This document shows positions 58,621-64,000 of a stretch of 64,000 nucleotides of DNA, one piece after another. Position numbers and translations under genes: made by a program. The notes beneath the pieces are model-generated. The model made no database searches. It saw only the letters and a list, made by a program, of their open reading frames with translations, and was not told where the DNA came from. The DNA comes from the human T2T-CHM13v2.0 reference genome, Homo sapiens, in assembly GCF_009914755.1 (NCBI RefSeq), contig NC_060930.1, one strand, 5' to 3'. The first letter of the stretch is position 1. Each line of letters begins with the position of its first letter.

Positions 58621-61600
58621 TACACATTATGGTTGGAAGGCTTTGAACTAGAAAAGTGAAGTATAATTCTTTATGTGCACATACTCTTAGGTACTATTAA
58701 ATTGGTAGTTAAGTCTTGGCCTACTCTAATTTACTATAGTATTTGGCTAGAAATTGGGTAATTCACTCTTTTATAGAAAGAACTATAGGTCACTGGATAG
58801 CCATGTATTTGAAGAAAGTAACATACTGATGAAATATGTAGTTCCTACTGCACTGTGCTAGGTGCTTTTGTGCATACTGTCTCATTTAATTCTCCACCGT
58901 AACATGGAGAAGTTGGTACTGTTATCTCCATTTTTATACAAGAGGTATCTGAGGCTGAATACCAGACAAGGCTAAAACAGAAACTTTCAATTTGTGAAAA
59001 AGGAGTGTTTTAGTGTCATATATATATGACAAATATATTTATTAAGCCTGTTTTATGTTTGAGGGAAATTGGGTGCATAAAAAGGACTATTTTTGAGCTT
59101 TTGTACATATTTATAAAATTGTATAGTTTTGTTGTCACATATGATGGCATATATTTATATATCTTAATGGATAATTTTTGAAGCATCACTTTGTAAGAAA
59201 GATGTTTACTACACAGTAAAAAGTTTAAAAGCAATGTTAACCTCGTTATTTATACTCACACTGTAAAAAACTGAACTGTTCATGGAAATGTTTGCTATGA
59301 TTACGGTAAGATGGAAGAGGAAAGTATCTTGAGGCTTAAAAGCTGTGTAATTCCATTCGTAGGAACCAGTATGGCTTACTAAATACAGTGTTGTCATTTC
59401 CTGTGAAAGAGAGAGCGAGAGATAGGATGGGGGTGGGGATAGTTGATATTAGAGAGTGAGAGAGAGGGTTACCAGGTTTGTAGTTCAGGGAAGTGCCTTA
59501 GTCATAATGTATCTGGACTATATCAAGGACTTCAATAATGTTTTTCACCACGTTATTGTGTTTAAGGGCTGGATCTAAAATAATTAGATGAAGTAGAAAC
59601 CAGTTGATTAGTTGTACTCAAAGACTGTTTAACAGATTTTTGCCAAGCAGGAGAAATGTTACTTGGTAAACTAACATGAAAATGACTTGGGAATTTTAAT
59701 TTTACTGGCTAGATAGTTCCCTGTCACTAGATTTTTTTCAGGGGGTTCTTAAGTTGAAGTCTATGAGTATCATTCATGGGGCCTTTGAACTTGGATGAGA
59801 GGGGGATTACATTTGTATTTCCAATAAATACATCCTTATTAATGATAATGTAGCATTTTCTTCACTCATGAGTTTATTATACTGATTACTTCAAAATCCG
59901 AGCTGTATGAACCTGAACCAACTGTAGATCTTATGTAATATGTTAATAAAGAAGCACTTATATTACTACATTCTAGGTTTTACAGATATTTTAGTTATGT
60001 TTTAATGTAGTCCTTTGAGAACCAACTCATAGCCTTCACTAGATGTCCAAACAGTGCATGGCAAAATCAGTTATACCCCTAGACTAGATAGTTGGCTTTA
60101 GGGTTCTGTGTTATGTACATGTGTACGAATATAGTATTTAAAGATTATGATTGAGTTATAAACATAATCTTTAATCACAGATGTGATAATTGCTTTTTTG
60201 TCATGAGGGTTTAAAATGTTTTTAATTGATTATCTTTCAAATTTCCAGTGTATGTCTGTGTGGGTAGTTATTTAAAAAGAGTTAAACATTTTTAAGAGTA
60301 CTGTGGGGAAAACTTTCACTTTTTGATCCCCTTTCCATAATGCTGACTAAGAGTTTGGGTAGATTTCTAATTCCAGTGAAGTCCAGCAGCAGAGCACTGA
60401 TTTCACTTGCTTTGAAAGTTGGCAGGGTTATGGCTTACAAATGTGTAGCTGCTGTGAGCAGATGATTGTTAAGTAGATAATGTTGGCAGTTATAACTGGG
60501 GCAATTTAAAAAGTATGTTGGCTTGTTGGTTTTCACAGCAGGCTGTGTTTTCTGGCAGAGAATTTTGTTTTATTTATAACATTTAGGTGTTTGGGTACTG
60601 GATGGATTTTTGTTAGAGTTCATAAAAAGGGAGATCTGTGCAATCGTGTGCTTTCTCTCTGTTTTGTTAGTTTTCTTAAGTCCAGAAATATTTTGTTCTT
60701 TGCTTGGAAGATGACCTTTTCCCACTTTCAGTGAACTTGGTCTTTCTCAGATTTGGTGAATAAGCATTAAGATGTACTTCTAGTACAGTGGTTGGTTCAC
60801 ATTACACAGTTGTGCATTGCTGTGTGTTAAGCTTATGCCTTTATTTTCAGACAAAAATTTAACGAAGTCATTTGATTTTAAAGACCACATGTACACATGA
60901 AGGTGTAAATTCTTTTTCTAGAATTGGATTGTGTTTGCTAAGTTGCTCTCAGTTGCTTGTTTGCCAGTTTACATTGCCGGCAACAGAATAATAGTGCCCT
61001 GTGTGTAAGTCCATACTTTACTGTGCTCATTTTATAAATGAGGAAACCAAGGTTAAAGACAAAGCAAATTGATTGAATTTTTAGAGAAAATTATTTTGTG
61101 GTCGGGAAGGTCAGAAAATTCTAAGGTAATGGAATTAGTGCTAATAGAAAACTGGGTTTCTAGGAGCTTTATAGGAATGAGGAGTGGGAGGAAAGGGCTA
61201 GGAAGACGGTTTCTTGGGAATGAATACAGTGGAAAGAATGTTAGCCTGGTGAAGAAATTTTATGGCCGTTCTTGTTTTTTTTTTTTTTTTTTTCTTTTTC
61301 AAATGCTTCCAGGTATATTATTTGTCTTGTAAAAATTTTAGGTAATGAAATACATTTCATTTCAAATAGTGTTCTTGAAGTATTAGGATTTAAAAATAGT
61401 GTTCATAGAAAAGATTTCAAAAGCCCATATTCAAATATTTCTTCTGTCCTCTACCTAAAGCTGTTAACACCTTAATGTTAAGTAGGTCAAATGGCTATTG
61501 CCGCCAGGTTGTTTTGTGTACTAGCAACTGGTGTGTGTTGAAGGCACAGCTGTATTTTTTTTAACCTTTGCACATATTTTGTAGACACCAGCATAAGAAA

Positions 61601-62357
61601 TAAATTGGTTGTGTGCATGTGTAACAAAGTGGACAGTCCGTCAGTTTCCTCCATGGGGAGTAGGAATTGGTGATCTGTTTGAAGTTAGCATTGTTTTGCT
61701 ACTGGCTAGGACATGGGTTTCGTCTAAGTGCTAACCATAGAAGAAAAGTAAATTGTGCATGGTTGACCTATTTAAGTTTTAGAAAGAATGATTCTGATTA
61801 GCTTTATCAAAAGGAGGTTTAGGGTTGTCCTGGTGAATTTCTGCTGGCTTGGAGAATACAGCCAGTTGATTGTTAGTTTTATTAATGAAATACTGATATT
61901 TAAAAGAAAATCTCCACCTTTAATTCTTTATTTCTTATATTGACTCTAATAATTTCACAATGTAGCTTGGTTTTGTTATTGTTTTTTTTTTTTTAGTTTT
62001 GGATCATTGTATTCTTTTGATAAGCATGAAAAGAATTTTGTTTTGGAGTTGACCTAAAGCAGTTTTTCTGTTTCAGTAATCATTGGTGATAATATTTCTC
62101 AGGGAAAAGTGTGTATCAAGGTAAATGTTTACCAAACAAAGTTGTTTTCCTGGCAGGAGAAATAACCATTAAGGAAAGGTTTCCTTCCCTTTGAATTAAA
62201 TTATTGAGACATACTGAGATGAGCATTGTACGCTGACTGTACTGATGAAGTGATCATAGGCAGTTATTATCTTACCTATTCTAAATAGAAACTTCTTTCT
62301 GAAAACGTGCTGCTTCCAAGTAAGCTCTTCATTTAGGTATTAAGTACCTACAGCAAT

Positions 62358-62391
<34 letters not shown>

Positions 62392-64000
62392 ACCTTTGTC
62401 TTTGTAAGATTATAACTAGGTTGGCTGCAACATATTAGACTATTAATTCTGCCCTTGAGACTTTATGGCTGTTTATTATAAATTTAAGTTTTGCTTTCCA
62501 GCATTCTTATCAATTGAGAACAGACAACCACAGCTGGCAGAATTAGGTCTTGTTATTGGGCATCTTGACTCATATTTGTTTTTATTGTTATATGCAGAGC
62601 ATTGTATTGGATCCTGAGGGAGGACCTAGAATAGGGAATAAAAGAGGTTTCCTTGTCCCAGAAAAGCTATATTCTAGTGGGAGAGACTGTAAAGAAGAAA
62701 ACTTCTCATTGTTGAGCACTTACCTGTGTGTGAGGTAGCATGAGTTGCTTTATATATTTTGTTTAATCCTCAAAACAAGCTTGTTTTCATTTTATAAAGT
62801 GGAGATTTGAGTTCACATAGACTTTAAATAACTCACTCAAGGATGTGGCTGTCATGTTGAAATGTGAACCTGTTCATGTCCTGTTGCAGCCCCCCAGATG
62901 TTTCTGCTGCACTGTAGGACAGACAGATGTCTAGACGTGGTGGATGAGGTTGATTAGGCACTGTGTGGGGCGTGAGCTGCCTCGGAGTCCCTCGTGAGCA
63001 GGAAGAATACTTGTATTTGAATGCCAGGCCTGTCTAGGTAGGTGATGGTCTCAAGTCACCAACAATTTCTTTCTCTCATTTAACCATTCATTCATTTGTT
63101 TCTTCTGGAACTTTTCTTGTACCTGTTGTAAGATCAGAGAAAAATAATTAGTGTCAAACTCCCAGCAGAGCATGGTGATGTAGGCAGGTCTGGGGCCAGT
63201 TAATGCTGGCTGTACCTCAGCCCTGCTGCTGGGCAAGCTAGGTGTTGGTGGTCAGTGTACTTCTTTGGACCTCCCCTCCTCTCCCCAACCCTCTGCACCC
63301 CTCCTCTCCCCTCCCTTCATACCCAGTTTTCAGGTTTAGGAACTTGATTTTATCCATTTGACTAGTTTTGATAAGATTCTGTGGAATTATTCACAACAGC
63401 CAAACATGATTGGCAAAATAATTGAGCAGAATGTTAATCTGTTTATTAAGGGAATATTCTGGGAACAGGTATTAATACATTCTTGTGTGATGTCAAACTA
63501 AATTAATATTTATTAACATGTAGTGCAAATGAAATATACTAAAACATAGTTTTCATAGGCTTTATTTAGGCTTGGTAGAACCTGGAACATTGTTTCCAGG
63601 AATACTCTTACTTTTCTATACACAGGAATGCTACTGCATGATGAGGACACCAGTATCTCCTTACTCCCTTGGGTTTCTTTTTTTTCTCTCTTTGATCTCT
63701 TAACATTTTATGTAAGGTAAGTAGCTGGGCCACATTGGTAATAAAGATTTTATGTTTGCAGTTTCCTTTTTTACAGTGAAGGGCAGTAATTTATATGTAA
63801 GGAATTTTCATGAAGGTGACTTTAAGTGGATTCTCCTCTTTTCCCTGTTTGTCTTTATCAGCTCATTCTGGATTCTTTCCTTTGTGTTGCTGATGTTAAT
63901 GGGCATTCCCTCTCACCCTTGCCAGCCACAGATGATGCTTCTGTTTTTCTTTTGGTTCTTTAATATCTGGTAATTTGGAATTATTTGTTGGCAATTCTCA

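Overview
This is primate genomic DNA, almost certainly human 6q27. The anchor is the first coding exon of AFDN (afadin/MLLT4/AF6) at 29339-29443 on the + strand. It sits in a CpG island and is followed by intron 1, which runs past the end of the window. Immediately upstream is a ~20-bp-unit GC-box minisatellite with higher-order structure; it lies in the divergent transcript AFDN-DT and generates the 254-aa 'C6orf124/HGC6.4' ORF. Most of the rest is transposable-element fossil (Alu, L1, L2, MIR, MaLR/ERVL/ERVK LTRs, DNA transposons). The main unexplained signal is in the unique DNA between the repeats at ~2.7-25.5 kb. There, a colinear series of + strand exon-like remnants, full of stops and frameshifts, translates into motifs resembling a polycystin-1 (PKD1-like) protein in the correct order: GPS, TM1 flanks, PLAT, TM2-5, TOP 'GGGY' loop, channel S1-S5/pore. 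I interpret this as a heavily decayed unprocessed, possibly unitary, pseudogene. The alignments were made by eye against motifs recalled from memory and need computational confirmation. Repeat subfamily names are likewise by-eye calls.
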